A stretch of DNA of 64,000 nt from Octopus bimaculoides (GCF_001194135.2 NC_068984.1:43631118-43695117), one strand, 5' to 3'. Counted from the stretch's first letter, positions 1 to 12,160 are shown. Notes: a model not told the origin generated them from the letters alone. Numbers and translations: made by a program.

Positions 1-234
1 TGAAAGTACAATCTGAACGTGGTCAATACCAGTCCCCGCTGACTGGCTCCTGTGCCGGTAGCATGTAAAAAGCACCAACTACACTCTCAGAGTGGTTGGC
101 ATTAGGAAGGGCATCCATCTGTAGAAGCATTGCCAGATCAGATTAGAGCCTGGTGCAGCTGCTGGCTCTCCACACCTCAGTCAAACCGTTCAACCCATGC
201 CAGCATGGAAAACGGACATTATCAATGATGATAT

Positions 235-235
<1 letters not shown>
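1..235 (+). mobile_element. SINE family C copy (V-SINE-like central motif, (GAT)n tail), truncated by the window edge
   Basis: gagtggttggcattaggaagggcatcc..ctgtagaa...aacccatgccagcatggaaaacggacatt..tgatgat; two more copies in the window. Superfamily label is from memory and tentative. Confidence 0.75.
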
Positions 236-277
<42 letters not shown>

Positions 278-298
278 CACACATATCCATGTGTGCAT

Positions 299-356
<58 letters not shown>

Positions 357-362
357 GCGCAT
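231..362. repeat. Compound microsatellite (AT)n-(CA)n-(CG)n
   Basis: Seen directly. Confidence 0.98.
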
Positions 363-799
363 GCACATATATGTTTCTAGACATTTGTTCTTTACTATAT
401 TTGTCACAATTATTCTATTACATGTATTTTCATATAAAAAAATTACCTTAAATTTCTCAAGCAATTTACCTATTAGGGGGAATTAGTTTCAGATTTCTGT
501 CTCAATGTCTTTACAATGAGCTATGAACTTTCTACAGACATTTGTATCATTCTTGATAGAATTTCTGTGATGGATGCCCACCAGTTTCACCATGTGTAGA
601 GATTGATGATCAATGGTCGATAAAATTTACCTACACACCAAAGCTGTATTCTGATCTAGTGCTGCTGAATTTCTTGCTGCCAGTCTCTTTCCCTTTATTG
701 ACTTTATAAATTTGTCATAGCAGATTATGGCTTTGGCTTTCAAGTCATGAAGCATACATCATTTTTATAAAGGTGCAATTAAAAATAAGTTTTACTTCT

Positions 800-945
800 A
801 TTCATTACTGCAGTGAAGAGGTTAGTTTTGAGTTCTACTGTGCTACACCTAGGTAAGTATTTTTTCACTATAATCTTGGGCCAATCGATGCCTTGTGAAT
901 AGAACTGTTAAAACAGAAACTGTTTAGAAGATCAGTGTGTATATA
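800..945 (+). mobile_element. SINE family B (tRNA head plus CORE-like block), degenerate
   Basis: ctgtgctacacctaggtaagtatttttt-cactataatcttgggccaatcgatgccttgtgaatag matches the actatagcctcgggccgaccaaagccttgtgagtg block at 41584. Confidence 0.55.
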
Positions 946-977
946 CACACACACACTCACACATACACATATACTAC

Positions 978-1109
978 CATCATCATTATTTAATGTCCAC
1001 TTTCCATGTTGGCATGGGTTGGATGGTTTAGCAGGATCTGGTGAGCTGCAGGGCTGCATCAAGTTCCAGTGTCAGCTTTGGTATGGTTTCTACAGCTAGA
1101 TGCCCTACA
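978..1109 (-). mobile_element. SINE family C, 3' fragment
   Basis: (CAT)n tail, then ctttccatgttggcatgggttggatggttt...ggtttctacagctagatgccc; reverse complement of family C. Confidence 0.7.
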
Positions 1110-1959
1110 GCAATTAAGGAGTAAAAGAGTGTGCAGACAGACACACACACATACGTGTGTATATATATACATACATATGTGTATGTATCTCTTTTTCTCC
1201 ATATATATCTGTTAACCTTTATAGTGAATTTGTACTTTTGGATTGCTCACCTTCATTGCACTGTGCTTTACTTGGCTTCTTTTTGGCTTTATATAGTCAT
1301 TGGCAAGTTGTTACATTTTTTTTAGGTAGATGGTGTTAGGTTGAATGATGATTAGGTGTGGTGTTGGTGGAATCATGAAGTAGTTGTGTAGGAAGGTGGG
1401 AAAGAGGAGGGTAGAAGGAAAGTACGTGTTTGTAGAGTGTGGCTTTTCAGAAAGCTATGGTGAGGAGATTTATTTTGGTTTGATGCGAGACTTTGTTATT
1501 ATTTAGGTCACTCAGGTGTGGAAGTAAGCATGTAAAAAGAAGTGTCAAATTCAAGTCATGATATTATTTGTATAGAAAGTTGGTTTTTGTTGCATTTTAG
1601 GTGTTCACAAAAGAATGTTAGTAGATAAATCAGTTGATCACACAGTATAGATTAGACTAACATTGAATTAGTGATTTTGGTGTTCATGGTATTATAGTTC
1701 TATTAAAAATTTAAACTGTATTTTGAAAAGGTTACAATTGAGGAGATTCTGTCTCTATAGATAACTATTCAGCTTTCTATTCTGTTTCTAGTATAACTAT
1801 TTGTATTTATATTATATTATTGTAGACAAATGGATACAACTAACTGTATGATGTTATCTATACATTCAGATAGATGCACAAAGTGAATACATTTTTCCAT
1901 AAGTATATTCATTTGTAAGGGGATATATATGTATAAACAAAATAAATATAAGTATAGCA

Positions 1960-2160
1960 ATCATCATCATCATCATCATCATCGTTTAACGCCCGCTTTC
2001 CACGCTGGCATGGGTTGGATGGTTTTATTGAGGACAGGCAAGCCAGGAGGCTGCACCAGACTCCAGTCTGATCTGGTAAGGTTTCTACAGCTGAATGCCC
2101 TTCCTAACGCCAACCACTCCAAGAGTGTAGTGGGTGCTTTTTACATGCCACCGGCATTGG
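1960..2160 (-). mobile_element. SINE family C copy
   Basis: (CAT)n tail plus about 180 nt roughly 80% identical by eye to the reverse complement of 53..232. Confidence 0.8.
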
Positions 2161-2234
2161 TGCTAGTCACAATGTGAATAAATAAGCATTATACTTGACA
2201 GAAAAATTTCAATACTAAAGGGTTAAGGATATAA

Positions 2235-2475
2235 TGTGTATATATATATATATCTTTAATGTAATTTCATCATATTGAACCATTAATCTCTACACATTTT
2301 TTCTCTATTTTTTTCTATTCTCTCTCCATTTATTTCCCTCTCAATCCTTTCTGACGAAGAGCGTAGGCTTGAAACGTCAAAGACTTTTCCGTTCTTCTCA
2401 AGATTTTACTAATACAGTTGCTCGTTGTTCCTTCGCCTGTCTTTTGTTTTCTGTAAATTTGAACTATATATATAT
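2235..2475 (+). mobile_element. Short non-autonomous Penelope-like element copy carrying the hammerhead motif
   Basis: Homologous to 41915..42125 (gaagagcgtaggct.gaaacgt.aaagactttt...ctaatac..ttgctcgttgttc...gtcttttgttt...taaattt); flanked by (TA)n. Confidence 0.5.
2347..2382 (+). ncRNA. Minimal type-I hammerhead ribozyme motif (Penelope-like-element type)
   Basis: CTTT-CTGACGA-A-GAGC(GTAG)GCTT-GAAA-CG-TC-AAAG: CUGANGA and GAAA core boxes, 4-bp stem II, palindromic ACGU stem III, GUC cleavage triplet, 4-bp stem I (CTTT/AAAG). Confidence 0.6.
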
Positions 2476-2614
2476 ATACATACCGTATTTTATCGTGTAT
2501 AAGGAAACCCCTAATTTTTGGGGCTTAAAATTTGAAAAGAAGGTTTTGTAAGCGATTAGGTAAATTTTGATAAGCGCAGGTGCCTGCACTTATCGGGTGA
2601 TGCGTTTCATTTTT

Positions 2615-2674
<60 letters not shown>

Positions 2675-3817
2675 GAGACTATGGATATAGTAAGAAAGGA
2701 AGGGCCTTGTATGAAAGCGAGGGCAAACATAAATGAAATACAAACTATCTTAAATGATACTAATGAGATGTTTTTCATCTCTCTCTCTCTCTCTCACGCA
2801 CACAAACAAATGTTTAGTACTGTAGAAGAGAAAATAAATGTTTCTTTTCCTTAAGCACACAAGATATAGTATGTAAATTAAGGATGTGTTTAAAAGATAC
2901 AATATTTTCCAATTAGAATAAATTTCTTTTCTCACACAACATTTAAGATATAGTTATTCTTTGAAAAACTGATTCTCTAAATCTCGATTAGAGTTTCGGG
3001 CGGGAAAACTTGCAAAGGGAAAAATGAATTTTTTAAAATCTGAAACACACGATATCATTTGAATCTATTCTGCAATCTGGAATTAATTTTCCCAGTGATT
3101 TTAAGAGGTATGAAAAAGATATTTTGTTTTATTATTCTTTTACTTGCTTCACACAAACACAAAATTTCTCCAGAGGATACGTTCCTGTTGTTACTACTAA
3201 TTTCTATAACTTTAGCATTTTCACTTCTTTTCAAAGTTGTTTGAATTTATATAATCCACACTTTCGAAAAACGCATTTCTGTAAAATGTTGGGGTGGCTG
3301 TGAAATTTCCAAGTTTTCCTCCTCACCCCAACCTCCGTTTTCTGGACAAAAAGTGTTTCGTGGCATATAAGGCAGTCACTGTAAGTCATTAAAAAAAAAA
3401 AAAAATTCCAGTGATTCCGGGATGGTGAGGGGTTCTGATTTTCCACTCCATATTTTTCCGACCAAAAATAAGGGGATTGCGGCACATTAGGCGGTCAGGG
3501 TACTTGATTCTACACAAAAATATCCAAGGTTTTTCTTTTTTTTAGTGAACAGTGTGTAGGTGCACTTATGAAAATTTACCGTGTATACCCTTAAAAAGAA
3601 TATACATGCATATCTATGTATGGATATGCATATATGTACATCTACGAGTAGATAAGAAGGTATATACGTATATATACATGTATATAAGGTTACATGGAAA
3701 CGAACATATATACACATATGGTAGTGGTAGGACATACACATCTAAAGTTAGATGATTGTGAGAGGGTTATTCTTAATTTTTTTCTATTATCTTTCTTGCT
3801 ATATACGCATTAATATG

Positions 3818-3818
<1 letters not shown>

Positions 3819-3899
<81 letters not shown>

Positions 3900-4033
3900 T
3901 GTAACTGTGAGAGTGTATAGTTGGAGGTACAGCTGTGTATGAGTTTAAATGTGGATGTATGGCTGTGTGTACCTCTGTGTGCTTACACACGCACATATGT
4001 TTGTGTACGTGTATCTATGTGTATGCATGAGCG

Positions 4034-4085
<52 letters not shown>

Positions 4086-4097
4086 ACCCATTTCTCA

Positions 4098-4165
<68 letters not shown>

Positions 4166-4171
4166 ACACAC
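3819..4171. repeat. Microsatellite cluster (CA)n, (TCTA)n, (CA)n
   Basis: Seen directly. Confidence 0.98.
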
Positions 4172-4499
4172 GCAACCACGCTAATAGGTTAGGAGCGAAG
4201 TCTAGGATTTCCAGGTTTTCTACGAATCGATTTTGATAAAACTTTTCCCAGCTGGTTTGCTTACTATGGCAACACCATTGTTATATTTTCATTATTCTAT
4301 GTAACGTCCTTTCTTTTTCATTTCAGTTTCTTCAGTGTTTGGGTGAATCACGCTAATAGCTTTTGAATGAAAATAGTCCATCTTGACATTTTTTTCAGAA
4401 ATTGAAGGGTGATGATACATATTAAGCATACATTGAGTATATATTTAACAGAAAACCATAATAATATTATAACATTTATTGACATAATGAATTATTTAG

Positions 4500-4974
4500 C
4501 CACATGAGCGCCAAGGAAGAAACGATCCGATTGTGGCCGCAAGTTACGTGAGAAACCTGGACAAACAAGCAAAGCCATTTTCATCGCCCCCGGACTTCCT
4601 CATGTACCGAAAACCACTCGGAATCGCATTTTTGGGACCATGGCTTCTGTGCAAGTACCCCATGAAACTGCCTCCTCACAGAAGTTTGAAGCTTCAATGG
4701 GCCCAAAAGTACATGACGTTAGACACGAGTTGCGTTCTGTTCACTGACAAAACCAGGGCAAACCTTGGCGAACCTGGTGGTTGGGCAAATGGTTGGGTCT
4801 GTTTTGGAGATGAGCATCACCAGCATTTACGACGTCAACAACAGCGTGGAGGAATCATGTAGGCTGGTATCATTGGGGACAGATTTGTTGGCCCAGTCAC
4901 GGTGCCTGAAACGGTTAAAGTGATCACAGCCGCCTACTACAATTTCCCGAAGGAGGTCTTGGATCCGACTAGAT

Positions 4975-4975
<1 letters not shown>
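4500..4975 (+). mobile_element. Tc1/mariner transposase remnant, interrupted by stops and frameshifts, cut by (CA)n and a gap
   Basis: LQWAQKYMTLDTSCVLFTDKTRANLGEPGGWANGW...RRQQQRGGIM*AGIIGDRFVGPVTVPETVK resembles Tc1 WAKKYM..DFS.VLFTDESR..LDGPDGW..GW...RRQQGGGGVMIWAGII. Confidence 0.85.
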
Positions 4976-5014
<39 letters not shown>

Positions 5015-5378
5015 NNNNNNNNNNNNNNNNNNNNNNNNNNNNNNNNNNNNNNNNNNNNNNNNNNNNNNNNNNNNNNNNNNNNNNNNNNNNNNNNNNNNNN
5101 NNNNNNNNNNNNNNNNNNNNNNNNNNNNNNNNNNNNNNNNNNNNNNNNNNNNNNNNNNNNNNNNNNNNNNNNNNNNNNNNNNNNNNNNNNNNNNNNNNNN
5201 NNNNNNNNNNNNNNNNNNNNNNNNNNNNNNNNNNNNNNNNNNNNATATATAAATGCCTTTATATACACACGTATACATTTGTGTGTATATATTTTCCTAT
5301 TGGCACACATACACACATACACGCATATATACATATAAATCTCTAAGTACATACATGTGTGCGTGTGTGCGTATGTGT

Positions 5379-5436
<58 letters not shown>

Positions 5437-5939
5437 GATGTTTTACTCGATGTAGAGTAAATGAATGCCAAATAATGTATTTTTATTGTACGTCATGTTT
5501 CGAATTTTTCTGGGCAGTTACTGTGAAATCTTGTAAAATACAGATTAATCTAAGATATTTAAGCATATAGCTACATTTAAAATAAGTAATTTCAAAAAAA
5601 AATATTGGTTTAAGTAAGTTTGGTATTTATGTAAGTGATAATAACTCTCAAGTTGTCGATCTTTCGAACTCTGTACATATAATATGGCGGACAAAGGGAA
5701 TCAAATTGAATCTATTTCAAAAGGAAAGGCAAACATATAATCGAGAATGATTGGTAAACATCGTCAAAAATAGAAAATAAAGACACTAGACATAAAATTT
5801 AGTCGAATTATTGTAATGTTTAACGTTTTTATTTTTGATAATTAACCTGAACATTTTTACAGTTGACCATATGTAGGAAAAAATCTATCAAATCAACTTT
5901 TGTCTACAACAATGAGCACACATTCAGGTATGTGAGCGA

Positions 5940-5941
<2 letters not shown>

Positions 5942-6013
<72 letters not shown>
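5942..6013. repeat. (GA)n microsatellite in the intron about 680 bp downstream of the Shaw donor
   Basis: Seen directly. Confidence 0.98.
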
Positions 6014-6015
<2 letters not shown>

Positions 6016-6686
6016 ATACTGACTGTGCACATACGCGCATTCACAAGTAATGACTTTCTTTCACTTTCAATCGGGCCACCTTATTACCTTTTGTTTGCCA
6101 TATTATATGTACAGTGCACAAAAGACTGCCCTCAAGTTTACTAGGCTGTAAAACATATCCCATAAAACATGCCATCTTAATGTAAGGAGTTTTAAACCGG
6201 ACAAAAAAAAAAATTATTATTAAAGTGATATACTGCAATAAAGAATTTATTCGTTTTACATATATCTTTAAATTTAGCTGATTAACAATTTATTCATTAC
6301 TGGAAAATGATATATTTAATGTCCGCTGCTAAATATGATTGTATTTTATTTTACTATAAACTGTTAGCGAGAAATGTAAAAAAAACGTAATTTAGAATTT
6401 AGATATAGTACGATATTATGTGTGAATCCATTTGAAATTTGTTGAAACATGTTCGACAAAAGATAAACGTAGTTTTTTTCTTTTTTTAAGATTAAAATGA
6501 TGATTAATAATGTATTTAACTTATCCAGTACTTTTTAACGAATATTATCACAGTTTTCATATCAAATTTAATCCTCAAGAATATAAGGCGATTTTTAAGG
6601 CAAATGCTGTTTACATTGATTATTAATTTTATAGCAATACTGGAATATTAAGTAGTAAATTGAAATCATGAGAAATAATGATTCAC

Positions 6687-6695
6687 TCTTACCTT
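6687..6695 (-). promoter_or_regulatory. 5' splice donor of the Shaw exon
   Basis: Minus strand AAG|GTAAGA, placed exactly where Kv3 homology stops, just before S1. Confidence 0.93.
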
Positions 6696-7202
6696 TGCAG
6701 GTGTAGAAGAATAGGGCTCGTCAAAGAGAGCCCAAATCTTGGGTTGAACTCTTTGCCAACAATTGAGATCTCCAGCCTTATACCTGTCCTCCAATCCGAA
6801 TTTCTTCATTATGTCCTCCTCTGTAGGTTTATCTGTATCCAGGTCTAAACGGTCTAAAATAGTAAGTACGTCTTGTGTGTCTCTATGCTGTGTATAGGTC
6901 ATCCAACAGCAGGGCTCGACTTGATTCGAGTCGAGCCCCCAAAATTCCAATTCCTCTTCAAACAAGGGTCCACATACGTCAGTTGGATAATGTAGTTTTC
7001 CAGTACGGTAATAATTGAGGATTTGGGCGAAGACACCAGGATGCCTATCGAAAAAGTATTCATTAAGTACAGGATCATAGTTAGCTAAAGCTTCTGTAAG
7101 ACGTGACAAGCGAGTGGCAGGGATTTTTTTAAGTGTCGCTTTGTATGTCTCGTGGCGAATGCCCCCGACATTGAGTATAACTCTATTGTCAGAATCAGAC
7201 AT
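6693..7202 (-). CDS. Shaw: Shaw/Kv3 (KCNC-type) voltage-gated potassium channel, first coding exon: T1/BTB tetramerisation domain and T1-S1 linker (170 aa, [14 protein letters not shown]...[12 protein letters not shown])
   Basis: Translation has [45 protein letters not shown] and the Zn motif H-YPTDV-C-X20-CC typical of non-Shaker Kv T1 domains. From memory it is nearly identical to the Drosophila Shaw N-terminus. ATG at 7202; in-frame TAA upstream at 7253..7251. Ends at phase-0 donor AAG|GTAAGA (6693/6692). The ORF-track start at 7220 is a TTG, and its tail VRVNHYFS is intron read-through. Confidence 0.97.
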
Positions 7203-7417
7203 ATTGAATGAATATATCAAAATACCTAAAGAAGGCGCATTTTCAAATAATTATTAAACATTATAAAATTTGGGTACATCTTTAGAGCCCCATTTTTAGA
7301 TTTGAGAGAAAAGTGAAAGCTACTATGGATCCAATCAATTTGTATTTCATATTCTATCTAAATAATCAACGATCTGCATTTGTTCTGAGCAGTTATAAAA
7401 ATACTATAGCGACGAAC
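7203..7417 (-). other. 5'UTR part of the Shaw/Kv3 exon (215 nt)
   Basis: Lies between the acceptor ttttttttctcttgcag|gttcg (exon starts 7417) and the ATG at 7202; contains an in-frame stop and six upstream ATGs. Confidence 0.75.
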
Positions 7418-7435
7418 CTGCAAGAGAAAAAAAAT
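7418..7435 (-). promoter_or_regulatory. 3' splice acceptor with polypyrimidine tract
   Basis: Minus strand reads TTTTTTTTCTCTTGCAG|G; AG at 7419..7418. Confidence 0.8.
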
Positions 7436-8446
7436 GCATAAACATATGGGGGTAAGTAACAAATAATTCAAATGAATTAATTTCAAAATTCTGATGATGA
7501 TGATTAATAACTAACAAAATGTACTTCATACTGCAAATGGATGAATGATAGAATTTTAGGTCGAATTATAATATTTATGGTTTAAATTAAAAAAAAAAAA
7601 CAGTAACAACAAAACATACTTTATCTGTCGGAACAATTATTTTTACTGATGAATATCATCAGTAAGTTCAAAGTTGATTACTTGTTGTTTAAAATAAAAT
7701 AAGGCCATTATCTTTTTCGGTTCTATAAAATAGTTATCATGGAAATGAAGAAATCTACAATAAGCTTCATGCGGGATTTAGGGAGAGATAGACAATTTGA
7801 GAGATGAGAAACAAAAAGGTAGGTGAAACAGATGGTTATATTTGAAAATTATGAAGAGCAGTCTGTCATCGGAGTAGTTATGGTAGAGAATGGAGACAGC
7901 TCAACAATGAACTAGAATTGATGCTTTTCATTGAGTGAGGATCTATTGATCAGAAATTGGCTGACTTCCCAATGCAATCTTGGATGCCAATTGTTGTTGT
8001 TGTTGTTTTTTTTCCCAGGTCAATTCATGATCAATCAAACGAATGATTTAAAAACATTAGCGGTGACCATCAGTTTTTTTTTTTTTACATATTTTCTGAC
8101 TACATTATTCAGTGTGCAATTCCTACTTTAAGACGGTAGGGTTGGTTTTAAGAGAGATTTGGTTGCTATTTCTAACACATCGAACCTCCGCCTCATGACT
8201 GCTTCCTTAGAATGCCAGTGTTATAAGAAAATGAACAATGTGACAGAGCCATACGTCACTTATGTGTAACTGAGCCTTATGTAGAATCAACTGTTATTAG
8301 AGTATTACATGTTTGTGTGCTAATATGAAGTGCAACATTGATTTCAACATGATTTTCTAAAGGCGGATACCATTTGTAGGTCACGTAGAAAAGTAGGCCA
8401 TCAGCAGATGTTGCTTTTTTGGAAGTCTTATTAATATAGGTAGGTA

Positions 8447-8597
<151 letters not shown>

Positions 8598-11500
8598 ACT
8601 GGATCGAAGTAGTAGTGGGAGTGGATATATAATATTTAGAATTATGCAAAATATTTTTGAATCTATCATTCAATCCTTTAAAAAAAAAGAAAGAACAATT
8701 TCAAACAAATAAAAGCTGAAACAAATTACTAACTTGGTATTTATATAACTTCCGTTATTTTCTTCGCCAGTCTTATTAAACAATAATTTTAACATACGGG
8801 TTTGCAGTAATCAACACTTCTAAGTATACGATAATTATGTAGTAAAAGATAAATCTGGTTCTTTTTACAGTAAAACATAGAATGAAAAGTAAAAATACTA
8901 AATATACCGAAATACAATTTATATGTTTCCTATATATATATGTATTCTGAAGAATGATTCATGTGGGCATATGCCAAGTTCTTGAAAAAGAAAAAAAAAC
9001 TGCATAGATATCGGCGTAGCCAGTTTATGGCTCGTTAGCCAACGTGAAGATCAGCTTAACCTTGCTGATCTGCTGAGAGACAGAAAGTTGTAGATACATA
9101 GAAAATACAGCTTAACATACAGAACAATGAGGTTGATATCCCATATTGGCGTTACTTTATCGACTATTAATAATTTTCTTTACTTCCAGTGCATCAGGCA
9201 AGGTAACTAATTTAGTATACCAAAAGTATATGTTTGAAACATATAATGAAACCCGGGTTATACTTTAAAATTTCGTCAAAATGGATGGAATATACTTTGG
9301 TATAACAAATATTTTAGGTTTTATGCCGTCTTCAATGTAAAGAGTAATCGTCAACCAAATACAAAATTTGGTGCAAGTTTTATGCAAATTTAGTGCTCGC
9401 TTGAAAAACTTTATCTCCTCACTTGCACCAATAATACCTTTTGGAATGAAAAGATCACAATATTTCATATTTCCAGTAAGTATGAAAGTGCATAAATAAT
9501 TATTAGAAGGTATTACAGTATTGCCGTTGTGGAATTTTGTTCCATTCATATTGAAATTCTGAAGGAAAATCAATAGCACTGTATTATAAGCAAATTATGG
9601 AAATATAGAATATAAAGATTCCAAATCTAAACATTAAAACCGAAGAAACTAAAAATAAACAGAAAAACCAAGAGTTCTGCTATAAAACACAAAAAAATCG
9701 TGGTTATCAACTTTACTTTTCTTTTAAGAAGCATCTCTTTTTTTTATACACTTTATTGACATTGTTATGCTATGTCCATCAAATTTTAATAATCTCTCAC
9801 ATAACATAACCAAGACTACATCCCATAAGACCGCGGTTACTTCTTCAGAATACGATATTTCAAATTTATATAAATGATAAGGTTTTTACACTGAACAGAT
9901 ATGCCATACACCAGGGTTAGGATACTATCCGCATGAATGAGATAATACATTCACAATAACAATTATGGAATACAGAGAAAGAAACACCCTGATAGTTTTG
10001 CAACCAGTGGCATATCATTGTTCTTGCTGTCTGTCTCTTGTATGGATACGAAACAATCTATTCTTTCTTGATTCTAGTTACTGTTTACCGCCCTCAGCCT
10101 AAATTCTTGATCTGCAAATTTGATTTATCGCCCAGTTTAACATGATCCTTTAGTGCCTATAGCAAGCATTTGGACCGGCTTCCCTATCTAAGAATAATTC
10201 GATATCTTGATACGCTACTTCAAATATCTGCAATTCATGAATTGTGGCTTCTCCATAAATTTACTTCACCAATCTTGAAGTTCCTACACGAAAACGTCAC
10301 GGACGTTGTCCATATTCCGGTGAATAAACCCCAAAGAAATCTTTTCTTTGTACATATTTTCTCTTTTCCGTCCTTCCTAGCTTGTCTTATCTTTCATGCA
10401 TCGAATTAAAAACTGCTCAATCCTTCTACTCAGAACACTTGGATTATTTACATGGCTGCTATTTCACTACCACCAATCAAAACAATTCAAATATAAAAGT
10501 TAATCACATCGACCTTCAGTACCTACATCTCCCTATCGGGAGGAAGGAAGAAATAGAGTATGGATGTTGTTGCTTCTCTCCAGATAGAGGAATTAAAAAG
10601 AAAGACAGACGAATTTTAGAAAATATCGATCATAAATCCAAATTTATTTAATGTGGTGGTTTTATTTCTAAAACTCTTTGATATTAAGTTAGGTTGGATA
10701 GAATACGATCTGACTGATTTTTTTACAACACACTCACATTCAGACATGGGCACACACTTATACGCACAAATGATCTTATAAATCACTAATAAACTACGCT
10801 GTATAGATTTTAGTCAGCAATACAGACGCACACACATGCACGCACGCACACACAGGCATACACACACAGAGACATACACACACACAAACATACACACACA
10901 CGCATGCATGCACACACATACATTTACATGCGCGCGCGCACGCATGTATATCGGCAAATGTAAACACTGTCTTTATATACACAACAGATTTTATATGCAA
11001 TACAGTTTGAACCAATACAATCTAGAGATATATCTTGTAGTACATTAATAGAAATGATCTAATGTCTCCAAGAGCATTTAGCTTCAAAATGAACTACACC
11101 AGGTGAATACAATATACATCACCGTCACCATCACCACAGAACAGAATGTAAGTTTATCTTAGGCAATAATTACAGAAGATTTGAGACCAATTTTAAACAA
11201 GATGAATTAATGCGGAGAATTTTAAGTGTTTTGCTTCAGAAACATGTCAATAGGCTTGCGATGGATATGAAATAGCGAAGTGAGAACTAGAAGTCAAAGA
11301 ACTTATGTATTCGACCATTTCAACGCCAACTAAAATTCATACACAATGAAGAATGTCTTCATTTCCTGTTAAAACGATTTACATGAACTACTGTCACTAA
11401 TATTGGTCAGCATGTCGAAGTGGGATGATAGTCATGAAGAATAAGTGGTTAATTTTCAAGAAGAAAGAGAACCTTGTTATATGACCATTCAGATTTAAAC

Positions 11501-12034
11501 GTGGCATGTGAGGAGATGCTCGTAAACTTTTCAATAGTATAACATTTTTTTCTTTTGCTCTGATGATAGCGGAGGTGGTGAAGTGATGTAAAAGTTCGCT
11601 AAAGATAGCTTTAAAAAAAGAGAAATTCTGACATTATACAGATGCACGTAAAACTAGAGATAAACAAACATGTACAGAGACATAGACTTGAGATCATTAC
11701 ACTTTAAACCGAGGGTAAAAACGAATAAAATAAGAGTGAAAGATGTATTTAAGCAAAAATAAAAATGTACATATACAAACAACTGTGAATCCTAACTGAA
11801 GTTCTCGTGCGGAAGCTAGATAATGTCAATAGAGTAAAAGTAACATTTCGGATGTGAAATATAAAAAAGAATCTACTGTTATTAATACTTAGTCTACATG
11901 TCGACTTCAAAACGCATTAGATCAACACAAGCAGCTGTGTGAGCAGTGATTAAGCATTTGTAAGAACTGTGAGTACGATATTAATAATTTCTAACATAGA
12001 CAAGAAAATTAGAGAAAGGAGTTAGTCGATGAAA

Positions 12035-12160
12035 TCGTCTCCCGCACGTGACTGGTACTTTATTTTATCGACCTCGAAAAGTTTATCTCGGTGGTATTTT
12101 AACTCATAAGTTAAAGAGCCATTATAAAATACAACAAAGCATTTTGTCCAACGCTCGCGA
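12035..12160 (-). mobile_element. SINE family A (tRNA-derived, central TTCATCCTTTCGGGGTCGATAAAATAAGTACCAGT block), degenerate
   Basis: gactggtactttattttatcgacctcgaaa...aagcattttgtccaacgc. Confidence 0.6.

Noticed and set aside
2481-2600. pogo/Tc2-like TIR taccgtattttatcgtgtataag and a small hairpin; also a hAT-like cagtgcttctcaa at 62332
   Set aside because: Matching opposite ends were not found, so element boundaries cannot be supported
6666-6692. C-terminal VRVNHYFS* and N-terminal MIYSFN of ORF 6666..7220
   Set aside because: The tail is intron read-through past the GTAAGA donor, and the listed start is a TTG; the first ATG is at 7202
7643-7665. 10-bp-stem hairpin ttactgatga-ata-tcatcagtaa containing CTGATGA on both strands
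   Set aside because: No GAAA box or stem II, so not a hammerhead; a stem this short is expected by chance in AT-rich DNA
9265-9579. 104-aa minus-strand ORF near Shaw with a good acceptor-like site
   Set aside because: No recognisable domain and no convincing donor; kept only as a weak UTR-exon candidate
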